A DNA stretch of 64,000 bases from Zootoca vivipara. Taxonomy: Eukaryota. The position numbers and the translations under genes were made by a program. The DNA lies in contig NC_083284.1 of NCBI RefSeq assembly GCF_963506605.1, forward strand, positions 7,254,001-7,318,000, read 5' to 3'. The stretch's first letter is position 1; every line of letters begins with the position of its first letter. Shown piece by piece: positions 12,188-24,895 of this stretch. Below the pieces are notes generated by a model. It searched no databases, was not told the DNA's origin, and was given only the letters and a program-made list of their open reading frames with translations.

Positions 12188-13064
12188 CAGCATGAAGCTC
12201 CGCCACCGGGGGCGGAGAGCAGACGCGCTGCCCCCAGAGACGTGGTGCACATTTTGGGGGCGGGGCGTGCGCAGGGGCGGGACGCATGTTTGGGTGTGTG
12301 TGTCAGGAGTATGGGCAGGAGTCAGGCTCTGGGGCCTGTAGTGCTTTGCAGGACTGGGGCATGCCTCAACTTGTGCTAGAGAAGCAAGGCGTGGCCACAG
12401 GAGTATGGGCAGGAGTCAGGCTCTGGGGCCTGTAGTGCTTTGCAGGACTGGGGCATGCCTCAACTTGTGCTAGAGAAGCAAGGCGTGGCCACACAGGTGA
12501 AGTCCTCAGCTTGTGCTGGAGAAGCAAGGAGTAATCACCCAGGTGAGGCCACTTGAGATCTCACTGCACCTGGTGGCAGGAGCTGGGAGGGATAAAAGCC
12601 CAGCATTTCCCTTCAGCTCTTTGCCACAGCAACGCTATCCCTGCCTGGTTGCATCTGGCCTCCTGTTCCTTGGACCCTTGCCTTGTTGCTGCCGTGCTTC
12701 TTGGACCCCTGCCTCGCCTTCGCCTTGCTTCTGCCCCGTGGACCTTTGCCTTGCTTCTCGTTCCTGGATCCTTCGCCTTGCTCCTTGCTCCTTGGACCAT
12801 TGCTTCGCCTTCGCCTTGCTCCTGCCCCGTGGACCTTCGCCTTGCTTCTTGTTCCTGGACCCTCGCTTTGCCTTTGCCCTGCTTCGTGCCCCGTGGACCT
12901 TCGCCTCTGCCTTCGACCCTGCTTCTTCACCACCATCTTGCCTCTGGTCCTGACGCCCGCCGACCGGACCGTGACAGGGTGGGATGGACAGCCGCGATGG
13001 CGCCCCTGGGATCGTGCTGCTTGGGGAGGCCCGCCCCCACCGCCCCTATCTTCCTACGCCCCTG
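12188..13064. mobile_element. GC-rich hAT-type non-autonomous element (contains a solo LTR)
   Basis: Perfect 8-bp TSD gctagaca (12180-12187 / 13065-13072); right terminus ...cctacgcccctg; left TIR reduced to cag. Confidence 0.7.
12301..12976 (+). mobile_element. Solo LTR (Gypsy-like)
   Basis: tgtca...tgaca termini; 5-bp TSD gtgtg/gggtg; TATA-like gataaaag at 12591; internal ~95-bp tandem duplication (12304-12492) and pyrimidine-rich cttcgccttgct repeats (12660-12925). Confidence 0.85.
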
Positions 13065-14161
13065 GCTAGACAACAGTGTGAATAGTAAGGTTGTCAATAC
13101 ATAAGCGTGAAAAAGGAGAAGAGGGCTTGGGAAGAAAAGTAAGATTAGTACCGTATCAAACTTCACCCCCTTCAGATTAATCTGTGTATGTAGTAAACTC
13201 ACACAGGCATTTAAACCTCTGCGCCCACCCCCAACACCACACTGGTGATGAAAATCATGCCATTCCGGTTGACACTTTCCCAGTGGCAGCATTGCTCCTG
13301 CTGGAACATTGGATCAGTGGCTGTCAGGCAACTTAGGTCAGGAAAGCTTGGTGGAATGCATCAGGTTCTCTGCCTTAGGTGGTTCCTCTTGTATCCATTT
13401 TAGAGACAGATAAAAGTCTATGAAAACTGTTTCAAGGTAAATTGAGTATGTAATGTGCTACAAAAACCAAGGCTTTTCTTTTTAAATAAATAATAACAAG
13501 CTCCCACTGCTCTTCACTTGAATTTTACCAACAAATATAGTGTACTTTGCTAATCGACATTTCATGTTCAAGACCCAGCTGGAAATAAATAAATAAATAA
13601 TGAGCATTGGCTGCCTATTTGGCTGGCTAATGCTTTAAATGATTTCATTCTGTTATACGTGGCGTTTCCACCTAGTTTACTTGCATACCAATTCCCACTC
13701 CAGTTCTGAGCAGTTTAAAATCACGATTATGCTCTTCACTGTTCCCAGCTGATTCTGCTCACAGTTGATGGGGATTCAAAAGACTCTTTCTTCTTCTACC
13801 TGCCAATGCAGAAGGTCTCTCCCATCATCCCTTCTTGCCACCACCTTGCTTGTGCTTGTCAGAGTTAATTGAGCCTTCTCAAAAGTTCTGTAGCAAGCTT
13901 TGCAGATTGGCCATTTCTATTAATCTCAGAAATGTTAGTAGTTTATGAAAGGTGTTTTTAGAACTTTGTCTCATTTAAATAAATAGTAAGATATTTAATT
14001 CCTCAGGCACTTAAAATGCAAGAGGCCTCAACAGATTTGTTTGTATTTGGGTGCTGAATTACTGTAAGGATTATTGTTGTATAGCCTGCTTTCAATTAAG
14101 TTCATTGGCTTTTGCCTCCCATATCTACTGCAACAGCAAAAAAAATAGCAGATACATTCAT

Positions 14162-14194
<33 letters not shown>

Positions 14195-16611
14195 TGTGTG
14201 CGTTTTAAATGGGAGGGGGTTTGAAGATTGAATGTGGCAAGGTTTGTGATTGAAAAGTTGAATCAACTGTAAGAAAGGAGCAGAGAATATAGGCACAATA
14301 AACTTCTTGATATCAGTAATTTTGCCTATGATTCACTTCATTGACGATATTAGTTCATTGTTTTGTATCTGTTCTCTAGAACAAAGATATGACGGTGTAC
14401 CATGTCTAAGGCACTCTTTCCCCTTCCCATTATTCTTAAGTGTTTCTCTCGTGATTTTAACAGCTTAAAAAGATATAACAATTTCTCACCATGTCCTTGT
14501 GAAAGTCAGTTGTTGAACATCTGCTGACTGAATGGAACTTTTGTTGTAAATTTACTAACTTGAGATTTTTTAGCCCACTCTCCCTTTGTGAGTAGCAATT
14601 TGTACTATAAGTTTCATTGTATATTAAAATTTAGCAAGTGGCATGACTGCTATCTACCACTCTTTTTGTTCAAGGATTAATCATATCTGTTGCAGTGCTG
14701 GCAGTTGAAATGGAAAGAGTTTGCCAGGTGCATCCTTGCCAAGTAGTATGCACATGTAGGCATTTGCATATTGGTGGAAAATTGTTTCTTCCTTGGTGTT
14801 AATGCTTTCCCAAAGTATGTGTTTGCTGAAAAAGTTAAGATAAATTTTCTACATGACTTCAGATACAGCTTAGTATGGATGAGACTTCACAGTACACAAG
14901 TATAGTCGATGAGCATAGTAGTCTGCCAACAGGTCATCCACACTATATAAAAAAGGGTATTTGAGAATTTTAGGGGAGGGCTAATATAGGTGGAATACAT
15001 TTAAGAAAAGCTTATCTGAACCAGTTGTAGGTATTATCATTTCTGTTTTATATTTGCATATATAGTCAGAGATGGGAGTGACTAATGAGTGAGGGTGTGT
15101 CCTTAAAATATAAGACACTTTTTGTTTTCTGTCTGTAATTTTTCTTAGTGACAACTTTGCCCATGGGCATGCTACTTTATTACTCCATCATCTGTGGGTG
15201 CCGTCATTCCAAGTATATTTGACAGACAATATATTTCCTGATACTGTACAACCTTACAGATAGGGAGGGTTGGGGGACGCAGCAGTACCTAAACATGACT
15301 TTGGACAAACTATACTGGAAATGCTAGAAACCAGCCAACAAAAGTAATACTTCTCTACCCAGTTCTTGTGCCAAAGCCCCAGTGGGCAAGGCCTTGGAAG
15401 TGCTGGCATGTTGACAAAGTTACCACGCTGCCAAATCAGTCTGGACTAATATAGAGTATAATGCTGGCACTGCAGTTTGCAATCTGGCACCATTCCTAGA
15501 TTTGAGAAGATATTGCCAACATTTAAAAACATCTTGGCCCCTTTATCATTGTCTCATTCAGTTTTGTTCATGCATCCTCATTGAGTTGCTTCCACCAAAT
15601 CTGGCAATTGGTGAAGCAGGCTGCAGTGCTGAAAATGTGATAAGAGTATATATCCCAGTCAATAATATTACTAAGTGGTTGCTTTCAGGTTTTAGAGTGC
15701 AGAGTTTTAGGGCTACCAAACTTAATTCTATAGTAGAATAAGTCATTCACATTATTTTTGGAGTACTTGTGCTCACTTCTCTGTCAGGCAGGTTCAAGTT
15801 AACTTTTGGTAGTGCCAGAGAGACATAATAGTATTTCGCAGCAAGAATTTTCCCTGCTTCGTGGATTCTGATTGTTTTAGACTAGCATTGTAACTGAATC
15901 TCATATATTTGCACATTTGCTTAGCACATGTTCAGATGTATTTGGGTGATAGTTAGCTCCCCCCCTATAACTCTGTATATATAATTCATATGCAAATTGC
16001 TAAAATTAAATAACAATAGACAATATAGTAATTCCCATATTGTGGGATTTTGTTTTTAACAGCTTTATTATGAGTATGAAAATTATATGTAATAAAATAT
16101 AATTACATTTCATTTTTTCATATTGTTTTCTATTCATTCATATTGCTCAGAAATGCTGGGATTTATTACCTCCCTCCACCCCATAGATTAGCATATTTTG
16201 GTTTCTCTGTGAATGTTTCAGTCCTCAAGCTCTCTGCTATTTTACTACCAGCTTTACTGTGAAACATGGACCACTTATAAACACCATCTCCAACTCCTTG
16301 AAAGATTTCATCAATGGTATCTGAAAAAATCTACACATCATTTGGAAAAACAGGTCAGTGTGCTGGAAGAAGTGGTGGTTGGGGGACGGGACAGTGTCAA
16401 AGCAATGATTCTTCAACACCAACAGTTGGACTGGTCTTGTTCAGATGCCTGATTATCATCTTCCAAAGCAACTACTTTATTCCGAACTTAAAAATGGAAA
16501 ATGTAATGCTGGTGGTCAACAAAAGAGGTTTAAAGACTCTCTCAAGGCAAATATGGAAAAATGTAGTATAAACTACATTATATACACACACACACACACA
16601 CATACACATAC

Positions 16612-16865
16612 GTAGAACCAATGTGGCGTAGTGTGTTTAAGAGTGGTAGTCTCGTAATCTGGTGAACCAGGTTCACGTCTCCGCTCCTCCACATGCAGCT
16701 GCTGGGTGACCTTGGGCTAGTCACACTTCTCTGAAGTTTCTCAGACTCACTCACCTCACAGAGTGTTTGTTGTGGGCGAGGAAGGGAAAGGAGAATGTTA
16801 GCCACTTTGAGACTCCTTAGGGTAGTGATAAAGCAGGGTAGCAAATCCAAACTCCTCTTCTTCTT
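16612..16865 (+). mobile_element. tRNA-derived CORE/MIR-related SINE (Squam3-like)
   Basis: A box tggcgtagtg and B box ggttcacgtct; CORE motif gctgggtgaccttgggctagtcac; 3' end ttagccactttgagactcc and (CTT)n tail. Confidence 0.8.
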
Positions 16866-16885
16866 AAACAACAACTGGGAACACT

Positions 16886-18190
16886 TACACTGGACTTCCG
16901 CTTGGATCGCCATAGAAAATGGCTGAAAATACCATCTCTCCGGTTACCACGGGGTAATTTACAAGGCTGTAAATGGGAGTATGCAGCCTCCCAAAGTTTT
17001 CCCAGGGGGTACGCGAATATGCAGTCTCATCTACAGATGCCCACCACCAGCTTCTACTTCCGAAGGAAGGAGGGGCTGGGGGCACTGGATGAAAAGCCCC
17101 CATCGGAGCTTGGATCTCCTGGGAAGCCGATTCTACGAGCGAAAACAGGCTCCATGACAAGAGAAAGATTGGATATAAGTCATGGACATGCTTCAGACAA
17201 GGAAAGAAGATTTATTCTGCTAAGCTCAGCCACTGAGAAAACAAAAGATAACAGAGAAATGTACCCAAGAGCAAGAAATGGTATGTGACGGAGCTGAAGG
17301 GGGGAGTGAGAACTTTATATCGTTGCTTTACTGTGTCTTACAATTTACTTAACAAAACTCCCTCCTGAAGAACCATAAACAACATTTACAAGGCAAGCGA
17401 GATCAGAAAGTGGGAAATTTATTGAATTAATATGGTTTCTTAAATATATAAACTGTGTGAATTGAAAATATGTATGTATTCTTGGATTCGCTTGGAATGT
17501 GGTTAAAGATTCCTTAAAACATGGACATCAAAGAGAAGCAATCTCATTAGCGGCTGGAAACTTGTCAAGAAACTTCTGAGTTATGATGCAGTTATAATTT
17601 AGATTCCGCCATATTGGAGATAAAGCCGGCTATGATATTATTCAAAGGGGGAGGGAGCCATAAATAAGACATTAGATGTGTGTTTATAGCTCTGACCTGG
17701 CAAAATCTCCCCTGAAAAGGCTATATTGAGTAGCGATCTGGAGAAATCATCACAGAGGCTTAAAGCTTTGATTTATGGGGACTGCTCGAAGATGGCGGCA
17801 GCTGGCCTTGAGAAGGATCTTTGGATTTCTGGACGGACTTGGCAAGATACCAGCGTGCGAAGAGACAGTGCTAATTTACAGAGGAATCATAGGCATAAAT
17901 TCACACAGAAATATACGGTTTGGTCAAACTTGCTTGCTCGAATAACTCAGGGACTTGAAAGTAGATAGAAGGATTTTAATAGACTATTGGATAAGATCTG
18001 GACTATATTGATTAGAAATGCAATGACTATAAGAGGACTAGGCTTTCTGAGTCTGAAGCATGGGAAGTCAAATTTAAATTTGTATAATTTGGCAGAAGAT
18101 TTGGATTAATTGTTTAATTGATATTTGTATAATTTGAAAATGGATTAGATATTTAAATAGGAAAACCTAATAAAATGTTTATTAAAAATA
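16886..18190 (+). mobile_element. Non-autonomous, probably L1-mobilised retroelement (copy E2)
   Basis: 20-bp TSD aaacaacaactgggaacact (16866-16885 / 18191-18210) at a TT|AAAC site; 5' ggacttccgc...aaaatggc; AATAAA near 18169 and A-rich tail; no RT motifs seen. Confidence 0.88.
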
Positions 18191-19060
18191 AAACAACAAC
18201 TGGGAACACTGGCATACGAGTGCTCCAATTGAAGAACAACCTTTACCAAAGGTGTCATGGACTATGAAAAAGCATGAACTCAGGGTGAAAAGGAGAAATG
18301 AACTAAGAGGAAGGCACATTTGGCAAACCCTCACTGTGATCAACCTCTACCCAGAAACCTGTCTCCCCACTGTGGAAGGGTATGTGGATCCAGATTTGGC
18401 CTCCATAGTCACTTACGGACACACCATTAAGATTATTTTCATGGAAGACAATATTACTCGGCTTCAAGTGATCACCAAAGAAGATTAGTGTATAGACACT
18501 GTGCCGCCCCCCTCCAGTACACTGCATTAATCCTTAGGAGGCTTTTTCTTTATTAATAACATGTATGGTTGTGAATCTGAAAAACTCATAGAATATTATT
18601 AGAGTTATTAACATGTATTCATATTTGACAACCACACCAAACATTTTTCTGCCTTGCATCAGGAGAACATAGGATCAAATTTCAAATTAAAGAAAGAAGC
18701 AAATTAATTCCTCGCTAATAACTTTTGCTTGACATGTGATCTGCTTATCTTCTGTTAAATCAGCCAGTTGTAATTAGATCACATTTCAGAGCAGCATCGT
18801 GAACTGGAACAGTTCATGTCAGCCTAATTACCAAGGAGTGAAACTTGTAGAACTGTACATGTATACTAGTGTATCTGTTTGAATTTGACTTTAAGTTATT
18901 CCTTTTCCATGGTGCATTTTAAACAACAAATCATTGAAATGTCGAACTCCAAGGATTATTGTCTCATCTGCTGTTAGTTTATTTAGTAATTAGTAATAGA
19001 GATAATAGAAAAGAACAAATGGGCTCCTTGAAGATTAGTTGGTGTTCAAAAAATAAACAC

Positions 19061-19196
19061 TTCTGAAGAAGTGTGCATGCACATGAAAGCTCATACCAAT
19101 GACAAACTAAGTTAGTCTCTAAGGTGCTACTGGAAGATTTTTTTTGTTTTGTTTTGTTTTGACTACGTCAGACCAACACGGCTACCTACCTGTAAC
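19061..19196 (+). mobile_element. Penelope-like element terminal (pLTR) fragment
   Basis: ctgaagaagtgtgcatgcacatgaaagctcatacc...tagtctctaaggtgcta...cagaccaacacggctacc; second copy in the opposite orientation at 34117-34240. Confidence 0.8.
19063..19097 (+). ncRNA. Minimal type I hammerhead ribozyme motif (5' stem I arm lost)
   Basis: CUGAAGA core, stem II GUGUG-CAUG-CACAU, GAAA, palindromic stem III AGCU, CUC triplet. Confidence 0.6.
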
Positions 19197-19450
19197 AAAA
19201 AATAAGTGTATGATTGTTGTTATAATTTGCCATTTTGTGTTTTTTGATATAAATATAAACTGGGCAAAATGTTCAGGCAACCCTTGTAAGGTCCAGGTCT
19301 GTTTCCTGCCCTATAACAATGGTAGTAGTGCCTTGGAGGAAAAATTCCTGGATTGGTCTCCCCACCTAGATCCCTTGATGAGTATTGAGGTGGTGCAGAT
19401 AGGGACTCCCCACTCCACAGTCACAATTGCATTTGAGTATGATGGTACTA

Positions 19451-20092
19451 CATACTCTCCAACTTCTCTCAGATGAATATAAGGACATTTTTCACTCCCC
19501 CCTCCAAAAAACCCCCCTGACTCTCTGCGACTCCACAATTTTTGCCCCCGCCACCAAGCATTTCCTATCATAATAAGGTCCAGTGCCATCACCACTACCC
19601 CAATGAGACACAGCACACATGCACTTCACCATCTTAATCCCAATTTTATTTCTTTGGCAGATTTACAAAAAGAAAACCTACACCAATAATTAGACGTGGA
19701 CATACAAAACATTTTGTTTAAAAATTGAGATTCCTTGCAGTCCACTCCGCTCCCCCATTCTTTCTATCCAGGGTAGCCCTGTCCTCTGCCTGCTCTTCCA
19801 AGCCAGCACACCACATGGGGCTGTGCCTTGGTGGTTGCAGCCTCTCCTCCTCCTTATCCGCTCTCCAGCAGCTGCTATGAGCTGCCCAAGGGAATAGGCT
19901 GGCAGCAGCAACCATAGGTGGGATGCTCCCTTGCCGCCACTCAAGACATGCACTGGCTCATCCTCCTTCCCAAGCTCGGCAGCAGTAGCACTGGCAAGGG
20001 AAATAGGGACATTTCAGGATCATCTCAGAGGCCAGGATGGCTTTTGTAATTCCAGGACTATTCCTGGAAAACTGGGGCACTTGGAGGGTATG
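19451..20092. mobile_element. Non-autonomous DNA transposon
   Basis: 12-bp TIR catactctccaa / ttggagggtatg; subterminal (a/g)ggacatt motifs; imperfect flanking repeat gtacta / gtacca. Confidence 0.7.
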
Positions 20093-20994
20093 GTACCAGC
20101 AGCTTCTATGAGAAAACAACTCTTGTCAAATTTCAATTGCTTTGGGCTTGCAAAATACTACAAATTAAATCTGTATAAAGAAAGAAATAGCGCTTCTCCC
20201 TACCCCTCTCCCATTCATATTTTATTTCCTTTAAGTTTTAGATTTAAAAAAATGAAGTCAGAAATGCTTTGAAATATTTTCCTATGCAAAATGCCAGTCT
20301 TTTATGTTAATCTTTGAATGAAATCTTTTGTACTAAAGAAAAGGCGAAAAGTTATAGAAAAACATCTTCAAAGCTGATGCACATAGAACCCAATAGGTAG
20401 AATAAGTTATAGTTCTCATTCGATGTCATTGTTTGAATAAAACATCTTTTGAGTGTGGAGAAAGCATTAGTATTATAATTTCTCTTTTAATTGGAGTAAT
20501 ACCATTCTTGCAAATGTGTGAGAGGGACCTTACAGATATTTAACATAAATGTAACAAAAATCTAAGTAATTGCTTCAGAAGGAATATGGGTGATACAAAG
20601 GTGAGGAATTTTTTCTTATTATTTTAGTGTCTAACAACACAATCATGTGCATTCTAGTTGGTCCCACTAAATTCAATGAGTTTTATTTACAGGTAATCTA
20701 GTATAGGATTGTAAAATTACTGATTTTGCTGGGAATGGGGCTTAAAGGTAAACATGTACAAAAGATACACCAATAATATTTAAACATGCAAGGATGTAAC
20801 CTGCTTTGTCTGTTCTGTGCCCGTTTTAGAGTTTTCTATGTGTATGTATGTACATGTTTGTAGATGCTCTAGCTAGTCATTGAATAATCCTGATCACTTG
20901 GAATAAGTTTTTAACCCCTATCGCCTTCTTCAGTATTATTGGTGGCCTGTTACCAATAATAGTGGAAGTGTCCCTCATGTAGATTTCCAGTGAG

Positions 20995-21013
20995 ATATAT
21001 ATGTATATGTATA

Positions 21014-21081
<68 letters not shown>
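20995..21081. repeat. Compound (TATATG)n(TA)n(GA)n microsatellite
   Basis: Seen directly. Confidence 0.95.
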
Positions 21082-21675
21082 GTTTCCACAATTTTGGCCA
21101 CTAGTATAAATGCACATTGCTATCTTTTAATATCCTCTTTATTACTTTTGTGTGCAGAATCCTAATGCTTGAGTTCTGAACTAAAAGATGCTGAGAACCT
21201 GTCTAATCCATTAAAGCACTTCAGAAGGTGCTTATGCTTGAGGAATTCCACTGGAGTCGAGACTAATCATGTGCAAAGAGATGTTTATGCCTGGCTGCTC
21301 CATCAGATGAAACTACTTAGCAGTTTGTTTCAGGAAAGAGACTTTGAATCCTGCTTCTTCACTTTTTACATTGTATATTTAATTCACTCATACCGTATTT
21401 ATCCTCTGATTACCAATACTGTAAAGGCAGGTATTCATAACCAATGAGTGGTGGGGTTGATGTTTCTCTCATAGAGCTATAAACAAAAGCAGTCAGATTT
21501 TGGCCTGCTAGTGGTAATACCCTTGATTTAGTACTCTTTCCTCAGTGAGGTATACTTGGCTGGTTCCCGGATCAGTTTCCTCAGACTAAGAAATACCTTC
21601 TTTAAAAAAGAGGTCGGTCTTCCATCACTCATTGGGGACAGTTTGCTTTATTTTAAAATCTTAATGTTGACATAT

Positions 21676-21919
21676 CCTGCCAACCTAGCAGTTCGAAAGC
21701 ACGTCAAAATGCAAGTAGATAAATAGGAACCGCTACAGCGGGAAGGTAAACGGTGTTTCCATGTGCTGCTCTGGTTTGCCAGAAACGGCTTTGTCATGCT
21801 GGCCACATGACCTGGAAACTATACGCCGGCTCCCTCGGCCAATAATGCGAGATGAGCGCGCAACCCCAGAGTCGGTCACGACTGGACCTAATGGTCAGGG
21901 GCCCCTTTACCCTTTACCT
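21676..21919 (+). mobile_element. Sauria SINE (5'-truncated)
   Basis: Diagnostic body and (ACCTTT)n tail; 15-bp TSD ttaatgttgacatat (21661-21675 / 21920-21934). Confidence 0.95.
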
Positions 21920-22851
21920 TTAATGTTGACATATAGCTCTCACATCATAGCTCTGTGGGAGGAGAGTAAAGGAGGGGGAAGTATTAGTATTTTATTAGTA
22001 TTATTAATATGGTTTATGATTTTTTAAATGTATGAATGCTTTAAATTTTGTAAGACACTGTAGGCATCCTTTGTGGACTGAGTGTTGCGTGGTAAAAGCA
22101 AATAACAGAAAAGTCAGTGGAGGTGGATCTACTAGGAGTTTGCAAATAGTGAGAGCAGTTCAGGAGATTTTGAAGCTGGGTTCCTAGAAAGTTTATCAGA
22201 GATTCAGTGGTGGCAATCAGCTTTCCTGAAAGGCAGCTTGGCCAGTGTCCACTGTTGTTGATTTCTTCTACATTGCACAGCCTCAGGTGTGTTTTGGCTG
22301 CATTCTAGGCTGTTTTCAATTTGCCTGCTGTAATCCCTTCACAAAGCCTAATAGGATGGCCCCGTGCCCAGGACAAACTGTTTGCCTTAGAATGCATTTT
22401 AGGGGGCTTGGCAGCACAAAGGGAATTGTTTCTTTGGCAAATGGTTAGCTTTAGGGGAGTCCTTGGAAGACAAATCATTGCCAAAAATAGGAAGTGAGCA
22501 TCTCTGAAAAGGAGGTAGATTGGCTAACAATACAGCAGTGGGGAAAAACAGGTAAAGCAGTCAAAACAATTTTTTAAATCTAATGCACAGACGTGTGAAA
22601 TGTAATACAATTGGTATAAAATCCCTACCTCCCAGCTAGTCCCCCTCCCCATTTTTTTTCTTACTAAGACAAGACTTAGTTGCTATGGTAGCCTATGGCA
22701 ATTTTGCAGCTATATAGAAGAATTGCGTGTGATTAGCCTAGCTACAGAAAATCCATATAATCCACAAGATGACTTCCTATATGAAAGAAAGCAACAAAAG
22801 CTGTAAATTTATAGGTTTGCAAATTGAACTTGTTGACAGAATAAACTTTCA

Positions 22852-24895
22852 TTTTTTAATGTTTTTTGAAGCTAATGAAAAGCAAGAACAGATATTCATC
22901 CAGAAAGAAAACAGTAATAAATGTTACATCAAATCACAATAAATTCTTCTTAAAATTATAACGACTTCCTGTCACCCCATCATGCATCTACCACTTTTTT
23001 TTTCTAACACACTACCCATTTTCCTTAATTAATTTCCATTAAAGATTTATTCTATAAGTATCCACAATATCACAGAAATCATTCAAGGCCTGCCATTGAA
23101 GTCATGTTATTACAATGCTCCTTACGGTATTTTTTTTGTACATGTCCCATTCTTTAATAAATGTCTGTTCACTATGATTTCTCAGTCATTTTTGCCAACT
23201 TGGCGTATTCTAACAGTTGCCACTCCAGTTTAGTTGGGTTTTTTTCCCCCTTTTCAATTTGTAGCGATTAATATTATTGCAACTACTGTGGCGTACAAGA
23301 ATATTCCCCTCACTTTTTAAGGTATATCTGTGCCTAGTATCCCCAGGAGGAAGGCTTCCATTTTTATTTTTATTTTAAATAAAAGATATCTTGAACATCC
23401 TTTTGATCTCATTATAAATTACATCCCAAAAATCCTTTATTTTCTTACAGGTCCACCACATATGTAGCACTGAACCTTCCGCTTCCCCACATCTCCAACA
23501 TTTACTTGAAGTGTTTTTATACATTTTAGATAATTTTAATGGTGTCAGGTACCAGCGGAATCACATTTTCATGAAAAATTTCTTTCATGGCACAACATGC
23601 GGTGAACTTCATATCTACCTTCCATTGCTTTTCACAAACATCCATAGGGATGTTGTAACCAAAATCTTGAACCCATTTAGCCATTACTGATTTTTCCTCC
23701 TCCCCCTTGACTTCCCAGTCAAGGAGGAGTCGGAACATTTTAGTGAGAATTTTCCCTTTAGAATTGATCAGTTCTTTTTCCAGTCTGGAGGGTTCCATTG
23801 CAAAACCATTTCTTTTATCAAGTTTAAATATCTTGTGGAGTTGGTGATATTGTAACCAACCTGACAGGTACCCCCTAATTTCTTCAAAGCTTTTTAGTTT
23901 CAAATGATTTTCTTCCTCTTTTAACAATACTTTATATGTTGGCCAGTTCCCTTTCATATTTTTCTTCTTCACTGCCAGTGCTTCTAGGGGAGATATCCAC
24001 TATGGAGTTTGGGGCTCAAGCAAACCTTTGTATTTTGCCCAAACCGTATATAGAGGCTTCCTTATAACATGGTTTAAAAAACTTTTGTGTATCTTGACCT
24101 TGTCGTAGCCTAAATAGGCATGCCAACCGTAACGAAGAGGTCTGTATTTTGTAATATACACCATTCCCTGATCCAGGATAGACAGGCCGCCTCATAGTAG
24201 AGTTTCAGATCTGGCAGGGAAAATCCCCCTCTTTCTTTGAGATCAGTTTATAATTTATGCTTAATCCTGGTCTTTCCCCACTGCCAGATATATCTCGTTG
24301 CCAATCTTTGAGGCAGTCTGCTCCCCCGATCACGGGAATTGTCTGAAATAGGAAATAGGAAAAGTATTTTCGGTAAAACATTCATTTTGATGGTGGATAT
24401 ACCCCCAAAAGATAGTTTTAATCTGCTCCAGATTTCTAGATTTCTTTTAATCTCCGTCCAGATCTTAATGTAATTATCTTGAAATAGGTTGATATTTTTC
24501 ACAGAGATCCATATTCCCAAATATTTTGCCTTTTTACAAATCATCAAGTTTGAAGCTCTTTGTAAATCATCTCTCTCCTGTGCTGTTAGATTCTTAACCA
24601 GGAGCTTTGTTTTAGAACTGTTTAGTTTGAACCCCGCCACCTGCCCAAAATCCTTAATCGTTTCTAATACCTTTAACAAACTTTCTTTTGGGTTCTCTGT
24701 CATAATGATGAGATCATTGGCAAATGCCTTTAGAGAATGCTTTCTTTCCTAATGTTATTCCTTTTATATTTTTGTCCTCTCTTATTCCCCCCCCCCAGCA
24801 CCCAGCACTTCCATTACCAGAATGAATATTAGCGGGGATAGCGGACACCCTTGCCTTGTCCCTTTTCTTATTACAGTCTTCTTTAATGTTACCAT
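22852..24895 (-). mobile_element. 5'-truncated L1 LINE (disrupted ORF2 RT and C-terminus, 3' UTR)
   Basis: KGTRQGCPLSPLIF, FANDL, DFGQVAGFKLNSSKTK, KYLGI, IKMNVLPKILFLF, CWRCG..HMWWTC; several frameshifts; T-rich tail at about 22852. Confidence 0.93.

Larger units (their letters stand above)
11595..13140 (-). mobile_element. Ancient L2 fragment split by a hAT element at 12188-13064
   Basis: tttatatagcacc 3'-end-like sequence at the left; gaggagtcaaa (FDSS on -) at about 12160; purine-rich sequence continues after 13072. Highly decayed. Confidence 0.5.
16245..18487 (+). mobile_element. RTE-clade LINE 3' fragment (non-BovB), split by a SINE and by E2
   Basis: Pieces 16245-16575 (PKQLLYSELKNGK..GGQQKRFKDSLK) and 18191-18487 (remnant C2H2-like PHCGRVCGSRFGLHSHLRTH, GAA tail); homologous to the minus copy at 42407-42885. 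Confidence 0.85.

Noticed and set aside
12513-13104. Several 100-180-aa Pro/Leu/Cys-rich ORFs
   Set aside because: Translations of LTR tandem repeats.
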